50,961 bases of DNA from contig JAVJWO010000181.1 in assembly GCA_040222015.1 (NCBI GenBank), positions 1 through 50,961 on the forward strand, given 5' to 3'. The position numbers and the translations under genes are program-made. The notes below the pieces were generated by a model, which was not told where the DNA came from, made no database searches, and worked only from the letters and a program-made list of their open reading frames with translations. Positions 8,965 through 19,627 of the stretch are shown piece after piece. Within the stretch, counting starts at the first letter, position 1. Each line of letters opens with the position of its first letter. The stretch is from Coleofasciculus chthonoplastes F2-STO-03. GTDB taxonomy: Bacteria; Cyanobacteriota; Cyanobacteriia; Cyanobacteriales; Coleofasciculaceae.

Positions 8965-11855
8965 ACTGAACCTGCTGTTACGATTACTAGATTATCAGGA
9001 TGGAGTAATTCCTTCGCCGCCTGATTGACTTGTTTGACGCTAACGGCTTCAATGTGACGGACGAATTCTCGAAGTTCATCGGGGGTTAACCCATAGACTT
9101 GATTGTCGAGAATGGTTTGGGCTAAGTTGTCGGGATGGGCAAGGGTGACGGGATATTGGCTGGTAATTGAGCGTTTCGCTGTGGCTACTTCAGTTGCTGT
9201 TACCCCTTGCTCCTGGATCTGTTGTAGTAAAGTAATGGTATTCGCGATCGCACTTTGAGCATCTTCGGGGGCGGTTTGCATTTCAATCACGAAGGAACCA
9301 TCATAGATTCCGGTTTGAAAGTAACTGTAAATCCCATAAGTTAAGCCTAAGCGATCGCGAATCACGGTTCCTAATCGACTGGCTAGGGTATCACCACCGA
9401 TGATTTGATTGAGAACGAATGCGGCATAATATCGCGGATCAGTGCGATTCATCGCGTCGTTTCCCATAAAGGTGACGGATTGGGATTTCCCTGGTAAGCG
9501 TCGATTCACTTGCACGGTGCTAGGCGGTAGCTTAACCGCCGGAACGGTTAACTGAGGCGGCTTTCCGGTTGCTGTCCACCTGCCGAATTCTTGTTCCAAC
9601 CGCGATCGCACTTGCTGAGGATCAAAGTCGCCTACTAGGGTTAGGATCGTGCGATCGGGACGATAATAGGTCTGATAGAATTGCACTACATGATCACGAG
9701 TAATTTGACTCAGGCTTTCCGGTGTCGGGAAACTGTGAAAGGGATGATTTTTGGGATAAAGGGTTTGAGCTAAGGTACGCTGTGCAAGAGTAGCGGGGTC
9801 ATCGAGTTCGATTTGTAGATCCGTTAATGCCCGTTGACGGCTTAATTCCAGTTGATCCGGGGGAAATGTCGCCCGTTGCAAGACATCACTGAGGGTTTGA
9901 ATTAAGGACGATAAATCAGGAGACAGCGCACTCGCACTAATAGATGTTCCTTCCCGCACTGTATAAAAGTCTAGATTAATGCCTCGATCATCTAAACGTT
10001 GAGCTAGGGTTAATGCATCCTGAGTCTGAGTTCCATTCATCACATTGTCTGCGGTAAGTTCCGCTACACCGGACTTTTGAGGTGGATCATTTGCCCGACC
10101 TGCTTTAATATATCCAGTTAAGGTAACTGTAGGCGTACTGCGATCGCGCAATAGTAAAACCTGCAATCCTGACGTTAACGTCAATCGTTCCGGTAGGGGT
10201 TGAGTTGGGGTTAAGGTTGCATCTGTAACCCCTGGGGGCAGATATTGGGCAACTTCTGTGGGATCAACGGGAGACTCGCCATAAAAATGTTCAGATGTTT
10301 TACTAAATTGACCGATACCGCGATTGGCTTCTTCCTGAATCTGAGTCGGTTGGAAGAAGCCAACAGTACGCTGTTGCGGGGTAAGATACGCTTGGGCAAC
10401 ACGTTGTACATCTTGGCTAGAGACTTGAGCGACGGCGGCTAAATACTGATCAGTGAACCGATAATCCCCGGCGGTGGTGTGATTTGCCCCAAATTGGAAG
10501 CCTTGACTGGTGACATCGCGGTTTTCTAGAATCAGTTCGGCTTTCAGTTGGGCTTTAGCGCGATTGAGTTCAGCATCTGTTACACCTTGGTTTTGTAAAG
10601 ATGCGATCGCCTCTTGGAGAACTTGTGCGATCGCGTTAAGATCCTCACCGGGATCAGTCGTCACAAATAGAGCATACCAGCCCTTATCCCGGAAATTCGC
10701 TGCATATCCCCCTGCATCACTTGCCAATCCCGACTCCACTAAGGCTTGATAAATGCGAGAACTTCGTCCTGATGTCAAGATATAATCCATCACATCAATA
10801 GCGGGAACATCTGGGTGAGTAACAGTCGGGAGAGGATAAACCACCTGCACCAGCGCTGCACTACCAGGTTGTTCCAGGACAATCAAAGTCTTCTCTGCTT
10901 CCCCCAGAAGGGCGGGTTTAGGTAAGTTATCGGTTTGGCGCCTTATGTTATCTCTTAAACCCGCCCCTACACCTCCGCTTTCCCCCGGAAGGGCGGGTTT
11001 AGGTAAGTTATCGGTTTGGTTCCTTATGTTATCTGTCAAACCCGCCCCTACACCCCCATCTTCCCCAGGTTGAATAGCCTCAATTGTGCCAAAATGCTGG
11101 TTTACCGCCTTTAATACCGCATCCGTTTCAAAATCACCCACAATAATTATAGTGGCATTGTCAGGACGGTAATAAGTGCGATAATAATCCTCAACCTGTT
11201 CTAGCGTAAACCCTTCTACATCCTCCTTCGTCCCCCCAACAGGCAATCCATAAGCATGATTAGGAAAAACCTGGCGCATGATTTCGCGATCAAGACGATA
11301 TCCTGGATCATTTTCATACCCTTCCAATTCTGAAATAACCACACCTTTTTCAGTCGCCAGTTGTTCAGCATTAATCTGGGCATTTTGCATTCGATCCGCT
11401 TCCAGAATCAGCAAAGCGTCTAGTTTATCACGCTGAACGGTATTGTAATATGCCGTTTGGTCATAACTTGTAAACGCATTAGAATCTGCCCCCAACGCAC
11501 TGAGTAGGCGACCAAATTGAATCGGACGATTGGTTGTTCCTTTAAACATTAAATGTTCAAGTTGGTGCGAGATTCCATTTAATCCTGGTGTTTCATCCCG
11601 TGAACCCACCTTGTACCACACCTGAACAGTGACAACCGGGGCGGAATGGATTTCTTTAGTAATAACAGTTAAGCCGTTGTCCAATACAGTTTTACGCACC
11701 GTTTCAGTGAGAGACAATGAAGAATCAGAGTTGGTGTTAGATAGAGGAGTTTGACTCAACGTTGCTGTATTAGAGAAAAGCAGCACAGCGCTAAGGCAGA
11801 GGGTAAACAGGAGAAGGGGGACGAAATCGCGATTAAGAAAATGAAACCCAGGCAT
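8961..11855 (-). CDS. M16 family (pitrilysin-like) zinc metallopeptidase, exported
   Basis: HQLEH (HxxEH) motif, NAFTSYDQT, SRL..IR...GLTY in the C-terminal half, and a signal peptide. Confidence 0.93.
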   Translation of the reverse strand: MPGFHFLNRDFVPLLLFTLCLSAVLLFSNTATLSQTPLSNTNSDSSLSLTETVRKTVLDNGLTVITKEIHSAPVVTVQVWYKVGSRDETPGLNGISHQLEHLMFKGTTNRPIQFGRLLSALGADSNAFTSYDQTAYYNTVQRDKLDALLILEADRMQNAQINAEQLATEKGVVISELEGYENDPGYRLDREIMRQVFPNHAYGLPVGGTKEDVEGFTLEQVEDYYRTYYRPDNATIIIVGDFETDAVLKAVNQHFGTIEAIQPGEDGGVGAGLTDNIRNQTDNLPKPALPGESGGVGAGLRDNIRRQTDNLPKPALLGEAEKTLIVLEQPGSAALVQVVYPLPTVTHPDVPAIDVMDYILTSGRSSRIYQALVESGLASDAGGYAANFRDKGWYALFVTTDPGEDLNAIAQVLQEAIASLQNQGVTDAELNRAKAQLKAELILENRDVTSQGFQFGANHTTAGDYRFTDQYLAAVAQVSSQDVQRVAQAYLTPQQRTVGFFQPTQIQEEANRGIGQFSKTSEHFYGESPVDPTEVAQYLPPGVTDATLTPTQPLPERLTLTSGLQVLLLRDRSTPTVTLTGYIKAGRANDPPQKSGVAELTADNVMNGTQTQDALTLAQRLDDRGINLDFYTVREGTSISASALSPDLSSLIQTLSDVLQRATFPPDQLELSRQRALTDLQIELDDPATLAQRTLAQTLYPKNHPFHSFPTPESLSQITRDHVVQFYQTYYRPDRTILTLVGDFDPQQVRSRLEQEFGRWTATGKPPQLTVPAVKLPPSTVQVNRRLPGKSQSVTFMGNDAMNRTDPRYYAAFVLNQIIGGDTLASRLGTVIRDRLGLTYGIYSYFQTGIYDGSFVIEMQTAPEDAQSAIANTITLLQQIQEQGVTATEVATAKRSITSQYPVTLAHPDNLAQTILDNQVYGLTPDELREFVRHIEAVSVKQVNQAAKELLHPDNLVIVTAGSV

Positions 11856-11939
11856 ACGGTTAATAGGACAGCTCCTTTGATTTGAGCATTGTACCCTCTA
11901 GAGGAACTTCATAGAATCCCAGTCGCCGAAACCCTCAGT

Positions 11940-13140
11940 ATCCCGTAGGGTGGGCATTGCCCACCAACCTTGTAGGGGCGACTTGCCGGATTTAATTAAC
12001 ACCATCCAACCTTTAATTATATCGGGTCGCCCCCCGGTGGGTATTGGTAATACCTCATACAACATTGATATCGGGTCGCCCCCCGGTGGATATTGGTAAT
12101 ATCTAATTACAACTATTGATGTCTGGGCGAGGGGCGAGTCGAGATAAGTTAATTCTCCCTCCGCACATTGATGCAGCGACTCGCCCCTACAGATTTACGC
12201 AGAACCCACCAATAACCAACCGGAAACTGTCGCCAACATCATCGGTGATATTCTGTTCAAGATGTGAATGAAATTATACGGTGAAATCGGGCGCTTCTTG
12301 ATGGGGCAAAAGGGCGCAAGCCTTGCGCCCCTACAATGCTAATCTATCAAAGTGCCTCTACCACGTCGGTAGGGTGGGTTAGGCGGTTCTACCTTTTCCC
12401 AGAAACCCTTTAATTGAATATCCGCCGTAACCCACCAACAACCCCTCATAAAATACAGCCAATATTATCCCTAATTATCTGTCAAGATTATGGCTGAAAT
12501 TATACGGTGAAATCGGGCGCTTCTTGATGGGGGGGGAAAGGGCGCACGTCAGTGCGCCCCTACGGTTTACCATCGATAATCGGTAGGGTGCGTTAATAAC
12601 GCACCTTTCTTTGCCACCATCTGTGGTATAGCGGCGTAAGTCCTGCTGTATTGACATTATCAGTGATATTCTGAGCCTCCTCATCCCTAATATTCTGCTG
12701 ATGTTGCTAATGTGTTAGGTTGAGCGAAGTCCTTGGGTTGAGCGAAATCGAAACCCAACCGACTCACTCTAATTTTTCACAAGACATCATGAAACCTACC
12801 AATCGGGGCGGGTTTAATTTTATCTAGGTGCAATCGAAGAGATAGTAGTGAAACCCGCCCCTACAGATTTACGCAGGATACCTGACTAGCTATGCTGTTA
12901 TGTCCAAATTATTTCGGTAGTGGCGTGGCACACCTTAATTGGTGGATTAGAATTGTAGGGGCGCATGGCGTGCGCCCAGTTTAAACGCCAAATCTATCCC
13001 ACAATTTTAGGCGGTTATCCCCTTTTTCCAGTAACCTTTTAATGAAATATCCGCCGTAACCCACCAATCACAAACTTAAACTGTAGCCAATATTATCGGT
13101 AATATTCTGTTGCTTTTTCTAATCAGTTGGGTTTCCGGCG
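11940..13140. repeat. 1.2-kb intergenic mosaic of GTAG-type palindromic repeats
   Basis: More than 10 GTAGGG...CCCTAC-type palindromes and internally duplicated blocks (e.g. 12270 vs 12496). Confidence 0.85.
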
Positions 13141-13145
13141 TTAAC

Positions 13146-15479
13146 CTAACTTACTCGCTGCAAAGTTTGTTTAAGCATCGCTAAAGCTTGGTCAATTCCT
13201 GGAAATTGAGCAGGATAGCGGGCTAATATTTCCGCCGATTCGAGAACGCCGCCACGAATCACACCGAATCTTGAAGGGTGAGTTAGAGTGCTGAGAATGT
13301 CTTGCAGGTTTTGCAATCCGTCTTGTTTTTGACCGAGTGCTATTGTACCAATCGCGATGTAGAGTTTTTCTTGAGTATTATCGCCATGACAACAGATTAA
13401 GCTTTTCTGGATGAGTCGTTTGGCTTCTTTAACCTTGTTGTCGATGACATGAACCAATCCCAGATTAAATAGAGGGTAAAAAAAGTTGGCGTTAATCTGA
13501 AGCGAACGATTAAGAGAAGACTTCGCTTTCTGGGGCTGATTTTGCATCAGATAAAGGAATCCTAGATTATTCCAGGCTGTAGAGTCATCAGGATTGAGGG
13601 CAATAACTTGGTTAAAACTGGCTATAGCTTCCTCATATCTCTCCAAATTTCCTAATGCGAAGCCGCGATTATTCCAGGCTAGAGATAAATCAGGATTGAG
13701 GGCGATGGCTTGGTCATAACTTGCTATCGCTTCCTCATATCTCTCCAGATTTCCTAATGCGACGCCGCGATTATACCAGGCGTCAGAGAAATCAGGATTG
13801 AGGGAAATAACTTGGTCATAACTTGCTATCGCTTCCTCATATCTCTCCAGATTGTCTAATGCGACGCCGCGAATAAACCAGACTAGAGATAAATCAGGAT
13901 TGAGGGAAATGGCTTGGTCATAACTTGCTATTGCTTCCTCGTATCTCTCTAACTTTCCTAATGCGAAGCCAAGATAATTCCAGACGTTAGAGTCATCAAG
14001 ATTGAGGGAAATGGCTTGGTCATAACTTGCTATCGCTTCCTCATATCTCTCCAGATTTCCTAATGCGATACCGCGATTATAACAGGCGTTAGAGTCATCA
14101 GAATTGAGGGAAATGGCTTGGTCATAACTTGCTATCGCTTCCTCATATCTCTCTAACTTTTCTAATGCGATGCCGCGATTATAACAGGTGTTATAGTTGT
14201 CAGAATTGAGGACAATGGCTTGGTCATAACTTGCTATCGCTTCCTCATATCTCTCTAACTTTTCTAATGCAATGCCGCGATTATTCCAGGCTTTATAGTA
14301 ATCAGAATTGAGGACAATGGCTTGGTCATAACTTGCTATCGCTTCCTCATGTCTTTCCAGATTATTTAATGCGATGCCGCGATTATTCCAGGCGTCATAA
14401 TCATCAGGATTGAGGGCAATAGCTTGGTCTAAACTTACTAGGGCTTCCTCATATCTCTCCAGATTTATTAATGCGCTGCCGCGATAATTCCAGGCGTCAG
14501 AGAAATCAGGATTGAGGGCAATAGCTTGGTCTAAACTTACTAGGGCTTCCTCATATCTCTCCAGATTGTCTAATGCGACGCCGCGATAATTCCAGGCGTC
14601 AGAGAAATCAGGATTGAGGGCAATGGTTTTGTCATAACTTGCTAGGGCTTCCTCATATCTCTCCAGATTGTCTAATGCGACGCCGCGAATAAACCAGGCT
14701 AGAGATAAATCAGGATTGAGGGCAATGGCTTTGTCAAAACTCGCTATGGCTTTCTCATATTGATTGCCGCTCAAAAACAGTAAGCTATGCTTCAAATATA
14801 AATTAACTTCCGTTTCTAGACTGTTGCTACTGTCGTCAAGTAAGTCGTTTAACTCTAAAGTCTTAATCACCCGTTCTTCTGGAGTCAGTTTTAAATACTC
14901 TTGCAAATCTCCTATTGATAATTCTTCTAGTCTAACTTGCCGTTCTTCCTCAGTTAACGTAAAATGAAATAATCCCGATCGCCAATCAAAGAAATCCGGT
15001 GCCCGCTGAATAAAATAGTTCAGGACAAAGGAAGGGACAACAAAGACAAAACTACAGGGAAAATCTGTACCAAACCGTTCTCGCTGTTGGTTTAAATGAC
15101 TTAAAATCGGCGGAACACCTTTCCAACTATAAGTATAAATTTCTGCCGCTGTCCAACCACTCAGGCGTTTGGTATCTTCATACTCATATAACGCCTGTTC
15201 TATCCCCCGAATCACTAAAATATCAAAGCCTTCTGCTTGTCTTTGTTCAGCAATTTGGTCATAAACTTTTTGCGTCTCCCGCTCAATCTGCAACAAGGAT
15301 AGTTTTTTCTGAGGTAAATCTCGCCGCAGTTGTTCAATAATTTGATTCACCTGACGATAACCAGATTGCACCACAAAAAATAAACCAAATCCCTTCTTCC
15401 GCCGCAGCGCCCGTAACAGCCGACGGTAGACTTGATCAAAAGTTTCTGGGGGTAATGAATCAGGCGCGATTGGCATCAT
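13146..15479 (-). CDS. Tetratricopeptide repeat protein with a conserved N-terminal domain (APDFFDWRSG)
   Basis: About 13 34-aa repeats AW.NRG.AL.NLERYEEAIASYDQAIALNPD. Overlaps the upstream ATPase gene by 20 nt. Confidence 0.92.
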   Translation of the reverse strand: MMPIAPDSLPPETFDQVYRRLLRALRRKKGFGLFFVVQSGYRQVNQIIEQLRRDLPQKKLSLLQIERETQKVYDQIAEQRQAEGFDILVIRGIEQALYEYEDTKRLSGWTAAEIYTYSWKGVPPILSHLNQQRERFGTDFPCSFVFVVPSFVLNYFIQRAPDFFDWRSGLFHFTLTEEERQVRLEELSIGDLQEYLKLTPEERVIKTLELNDLLDDSSNSLETEVNLYLKHSLLFLSGNQYEKAIASFDKAIALNPDLSLAWFIRGVALDNLERYEEALASYDKTIALNPDFSDAWNYRGVALDNLERYEEALVSLDQAIALNPDFSDAWNYRGSALINLERYEEALVSLDQAIALNPDDYDAWNNRGIALNNLERHEEAIASYDQAIVLNSDYYKAWNNRGIALEKLERYEEAIASYDQAIVLNSDNYNTCYNRGIALEKLERYEEAIASYDQAISLNSDDSNACYNRGIALGNLERYEEAIASYDQAISLNLDDSNVWNYLGFALGKLERYEEAIASYDQAISLNPDLSLVWFIRGVALDNLERYEEAIASYDQVISLNPDFSDAWYNRGVALGNLERYEEAIASYDQAIALNPDLSLAWNNRGFALGNLERYEEAIASFNQVIALNPDDSTAWNNLGFLYLMQNQPQKAKSSLNRSLQINANFFYPLFNLGLVHVIDNKVKEAKRLIQKSLICCHGDNTQEKLYIAIGTIALGQKQDGLQNLQDILSTLTHPSRFGVIRGGVLESAEILARYPAQFPGIDQALAMLKQTLQRVS

Positions 15480-16794
15480 CCACTTGTTTTAAAGCATCTT
15501 TAAACTTAGATAAATCCAAAATAATCGGGTGAACATCATACCAAGTGTGCTTTTCTCCCTGCTGATTAAGATAGCGATATTCCAGTAAGCAACGGCTGAA
15601 TAATAAACCCCGGTGCAGGTTATCATTGCCAATTTCTTTTCTCCGATAAACTTGGGCAAGAATCTGCCATTGATCCTCTTCCACCGCCCGTTGATAAACA
15701 TCTCGGAGTTCGGCAATTGCCCGTTGTACCGCCCGCGCAGAAATCGGTAATTGATCCGTTCGATTGGTTGCTTCTTGCGCCAATTGAATTAAGTCTCGCA
15801 TATACCCACCACTCATGCGACAGAGTTGTTCAAGTACGTCTGGCTCGGCAAATATTTTGGTTTCTAAGTCTAAATCGGTATAGGGTTCAATCCGGCGTCT
15901 AATCGTTTCCTTCAACTTGTCAATTCCGGGTTTATATACAGTGCCATCCTGCCACTGTACCATCACCGAGGGCAGAACTTTAGGAATGCCATAGTTATCT
16001 TTTAAATCTGTCGCCCATTTAGAATAAATCATGGAAATGGGGACAGTATAAACAATATGACAATCTAAAGCTTTAAGCTGTTCATGACGATCCAGAAAGA
16101 TTTCCTCATGATTGCTGCGCCCATTCTCGCGGAAAATGGGGACAATCCGATCTAAGTTATCGGCAATAATCACTAATTGAGTTTTACCATCGGGTAACTT
16201 CTGCTTGGCATCAGCAATAAACTGATTAAGTGCCTTAAGCAAGGTTTCCGTATGGGGTTCTACCTTCTCGCGAATTTTCTGCCGTTGACTGGGTTCCGTG
16301 CGAATCGCCGCCGTTAGCTTGGCAAACTGATTTAATTGGGCTTCAATCGTCAACTTCTCCAGCTTCACCTCAGCCAAGAAAAAGTCTTTGAGTTCCTCTT
16401 TGCGATCGCGTAACCAGTTGGCGATGGGTGTAGAATCGGCTTGTTGAAGCTGGGCGAGTAAATGGCGGGTGCAAGCTAGTAAGATATCCGTGTACTGAAC
16501 ATCTTGGACACTGATATCCTCTTGATCGGCGGCAAAATAGACAACAAAGCAGTTTTTCTGTTCCAGATACGTCTGGAGTCGATACAATTCCGTCGTCTTA
16601 CCCGCGCCACGATACCCAGAATACAACTGACAGGTTAACTCTTTGGAACGCTGAATGCTTTTACCTAAATCTTGTTGAATCTCCACATCACCCCGAACCT
16701 CCCGACATTCCACATATTGAGGATCACCCGCAGGAAGCGGCATTGGGGTAAAGGAATTATAGATGTTATCTAATAATGCTTCAATATTCGTCAT
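15460..16794 (-). CDS. P-loop NTPase (AAA+/STAND-like ATP-binding protein)
   Basis: Walker A GYRGAGKTT, Walker B LVIIADNLDR, SGG.MRDL and C-terminal WYDVHP. Confidence 0.88.
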   Translation of the reverse strand: MTNIEALLDNIYNSFTPMPLPAGDPQYVECREVRGDVEIQQDLGKSIQRSKELTCQLYSGYRGAGKTTELYRLQTYLEQKNCFVVYFAADQEDISVQDVQYTDILLACTRHLLAQLQQADSTPIANWLRDRKEELKDFFLAEVKLEKLTIEAQLNQFAKLTAAIRTEPSQRQKIREKVEPHTETLLKALNQFIADAKQKLPDGKTQLVIIADNLDRIVPIFRENGRSNHEEIFLDRHEQLKALDCHIVYTVPISMIYSKWATDLKDNYGIPKVLPSVMVQWQDGTVYKPGIDKLKETIRRRIEPYTDLDLETKIFAEPDVLEQLCRMSGGYMRDLIQLAQEATNRTDQLPISARAVQRAIAELRDVYQRAVEEDQWQILAQVYRRKEIGNDNLHRGLLFSRCLLEYRYLNQQGEKHTWYDVHPIILDLSKFKDALKQVDDANRA

Positions 16795-17017
16795 TTGTCA
16801 TTCGTCTTATGTCATTTGTTTGCTTCCCTATCACTAAGTCGGGGCGGGTTTAGTTAAGTTATCGGTTTGGCGTCATCAGTTATCCGTCAAACCCGCCCCT
16901 ACACCCCCGGCTTTTCTACCTTAAGTTGACACGGGCGCACGTCGGTGCGCCCCTACAATTCTAATCCACCAGTTAAGCAATGGGTGTAGAGACGTTGCAT
17001 GCAACGTCTGGAACAAA

Positions 17018-17458
17018 TTAGCGGGTTGCCAAGACTCGGATAAATTCCAAGGGTAATCCATCGGTATCGGCAATAAATGCCACCTCGTACACGCGATCGC
17101 CGATAATTTGTTGAGTGGGTTCTAGGAGTATTTTCAGCGGCTGAAACTGATCCGGATTTTGACTGGATGCCTCAGCTAGCTTTTGTTGTAGCGATTCTAG
17201 CCAACTGGGTAAGTCAGGAACTGTTTCAGTGAGATCAAAGGAAAGATGATAGTAACCGACATAATGTTCATCCCCAAACGCATCCGGTGCTGGTTTAGGT
17301 TCCGGGATTTGAATCAGTTCAATACGTCCACTTAATCCCTCCATCCAACAGGCTAGCGTAATTCCCGCAGTGAAGCGTTCACAAACCGTAAAACCTAATT
17401 GTTCATAGAATGCGATCGCGCGATGAATATCAGCCGTGCGAATTGAAGCATGATGCAT
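17018..17458 (-). CDS. VOC (glyoxalase/bleomycin resistance) family protein
   Basis: MHHASIRT.DI.RAIAFY..LGF, YHLSF and FI.D.DG.PLEF motifs. Confidence 0.9.
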   Translation of the reverse strand: MHHASIRTADIHRAIAFYEQLGFTVCERFTAGITLACWMEGLSGRIELIQIPEPKPAPDAFGDEHYVGYYHLSFDLTETVPDLPSWLESLQQKLAEASSQNPDQFQPLKILLEPTQQIIGDRVYEVAFIADTDGLPLEFIRVLATR

Positions 17459-17711
17459 GATTTACGAATAGAGTTTTAAATATTTTAATCTCTGTAGGGG
17501 CGGGTTTGACCACTAACACTTCAACTCAAACCATTCACTTAACTAAACCCGCCCCGACTTGGTGATGGGAAAGCTGGAAAGAATGCCAAGCTCATTAAGG
17601 CTGGTGGGCATTGCCCACCCTACGGTATATCTAAACCCGCCCCAACTGAGTGATGGGAAAGCAAACAAAGGACAAATGACCAATGACAAATGACCAATAA
17701 CCAATAACAAC

Positions 17712-18221
17712 TTACTCAAATAATCGAAAATAAGGATAGCGTACCGGAATTCCTGGCTCTTTTTCCAAATCGAAATTAATCACTTGCCAACAAGGATCAT
17801 CCTCTGGATCAGGGCTAAATGCCACAGGTAAACCATAGAGTCGCGGGCGCCCCGGTTCCGATTGTCCCCGCCAAGGGGTACTTCGTTCCAGATAAGCACT
17901 AACTAAATCTCGATAGCGACTAGCAATAATCACTTTAGTCGCCCGATAACCTTGAGTGTACAGGCGATCGAGGGCTTCGTGAATTTCAAAGCGAATCCCA
18001 TCCGGATGGGTATGCTGACGATACCATTCACCCTGCCATTGACGCCAATGACGCCCCGATTGTAAGTGGATGAGTTCTTCAGTTTTGGGATCTGCCTCAA
18101 AAGCGCCATGCCGGGGACACAAATAGGTATCGGTCAATGTCAATGCCGGAATAGACTGCCGACAGTGAGGACATTGAATCTCTGAACCGAATATGGGGTA
18201 CTGTAAACTAGGATTAATCAT
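17712..18221 (-). CDS. TIGR02652/DUF2396 family cyanobacterial protein
   Basis: CPHC...CPRHG motif, HTHPDGIRFEIHEALDRL and terminal RYPYFRLFE. Confidence 0.88.
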   Translation of the reverse strand: MINPSLQYPIFGSEIQCPHCRQSIPALTLTDTYLCPRHGAFEADPKTEELIHLQSGRHWRQWQGEWYRQHTHPDGIRFEIHEALDRLYTQGYRATKVIIASRYRDLVSAYLERSTPWRGQSEPGRPRLYGLPVAFSPDPEDDPCWQVINFDLEKEPGIPVRYPYFRLFE

Positions 18222-18339
18222 CTAGGGTTAAAAATATCGTCATTCGGCGATTGCGCTATTACCTGTATAAATAATATATATGTGGCTTCATCAATTATAG
18301 AATACCCTCGAACACACTCATCTGTATTTGTAGGCAATC

Positions 18340-18894
18340 GTGACCGATTCTTATCCCCAGTTTCCCTCAACTCCCTCCTATTGGTCTGCTGTTGATGTAT
18401 CTCAAGCTGCCTTTATTGCACCCAATGCAGTGGTTATTGGTGACGTCGCGATCGCATCAGAAGCCAGTATTTGGTATGGCGCTGTGGTGCGGGGCGATGT
18501 TGAGCGGATTGAGATTGGTGAATGCACCAATATTCAGGATGGTGCTATTTTACATGGAGATCCAGGTAAACCTACGATTCTGGAAGACCATGTGACAATT
18601 GGACATCGGGCTGTCGTCCATTCGGCTCATGTTGAACGGGGATGTTTGATTGGGATTGGTGCGATCGTCTTAGATGGTGTGCGGGTGGGATATGGTAGCA
18701 TTGTCGGTGCTGGCGCATTAGTGACCAAAGATGTTGCCCCTTTATCGCTGGTGGTGGGCATTCCGGCGCGAAAAGTCCGCGATATTTCCGAAACGGAGGC
18801 GGCTGAATTAATCGAACATGCACAGCGTTACCAGAAGCTAGCGCTGGTGCATGGAGGAAAAGGAACAGACTTGGGGTTTCACTCACCCGAATGA
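18340..18894 (+). CDS. Gamma carbonic anhydrase family protein (hexapeptide repeat)
   Basis: RGD, NIQDG..LH and IGH.A.VH Zn-ligand pattern in a left-handed beta helix. Confidence 0.92.
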   Translation: MTDSYPQFPSTPSYWSAVDVSQAAFIAPNAVVIGDVAIASEASIWYGAVVRGDVERIEIGECTNIQDGAILHGDPGKPTILEDHVTIGHRAVVHSAHVERGCLIGIGAIVLDGVRVGYGSIVGAGALVTKDVAPLSLVVGIPARKVRDISETEAAELIEHAQRYQKLALVHGGKGTDLGFHSPE

Positions 18895-19033
18895 GAACAC
18901 CTAGACGGGCAAACTTATAGACGCTGAAAAAAAAACTTGTCATCTATTGACTTTTGGGGGCATAATTTGGTTAAAACTATATGTATGAGAATCCTTCACA
19001 AATATTTAAGTATTAAGCGAGGTAGGTGAAACT

Positions 19034-19150
19034 ATGGATTTGCGGTTACTCATTGTCTTGTTGCCTATCCTCTTAGCCGCAAGTTGGGCTTTGTTCAACA
19101 TTGCTGGAGCGGCTATCGGTCAAATTCAGGCGTTTCTGAATAAATCCTGA
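19034..19150 (+). CDS. psbY: Photosystem II protein PsbY
   Basis: Manual translation gives [38 protein letters not shown] (38 aa), below the ORF-track cut-off. An AGGT-type RBS lies upstream. Confidence 0.93.
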   Translation: MDLRLLIVLLPILLAASWALFNIAGAAIGQIQAFLNKS

Positions 19151-19262
19151 GCTGTGGGATAGACACAAATACCTTTTGTAGAGACGTGCCATGGCGCGTC
19201 TCTATGTCTATAATGCGGTACATTTGTTCTAGCTACTCAATTAATGCTTTAGATAGCGGGAC

Positions 19263-19466
19263 TCAAACAACGGATTGGGTCACTGTTTTCATACTATTGC
19301 TACCACCTGAGCTTGGCTCAACTTGTACCCCTAGAGCCAACCACACAGTAAAGGCTATGGCAGTAACTAAAATTAAGGTATCAAATGCTGGTTTAAGCAG
19401 CGATTCAATCTCTTGGATTGTCCAATGGTGGTGAGAGTGAACCAATTCTTTCATACTCATGTCCAA
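19263..19466 (-). CDS. Small single-TM hypothetical protein
   Basis: 67-aa ORF with GGAGG upstream and one hydrophobic helix. Confidence 0.55.
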   Translation of the reverse strand: MDMSMKELVHSHHHWTIQEIESLLKPAFDTLILVTAIAFTVWLALGVQVEPSSGGSNSMKTVTQSVV

Positions 19467-19627
19467 CCTCCGGTTAACTGTTGAGATTGCTCTGATGTTT
19501 CTTCCTTGTCTCCTAGAGCAGGGGAGGCATCTTAATTTCTAGTATAAGTATTTTTGCTTATCGCTTTGATTAAAATTGTGTGAAGTTACAGTAGGGTGGG
19601 CAATGCCCACCTTACAGAAGAGCAAAT

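Noticed and set aside
13560..14760. Diversity-generating retroelement TR/VR
   Set aside because: There is no reverse transcriptase in the window, and I see no separate non-coding template copy.
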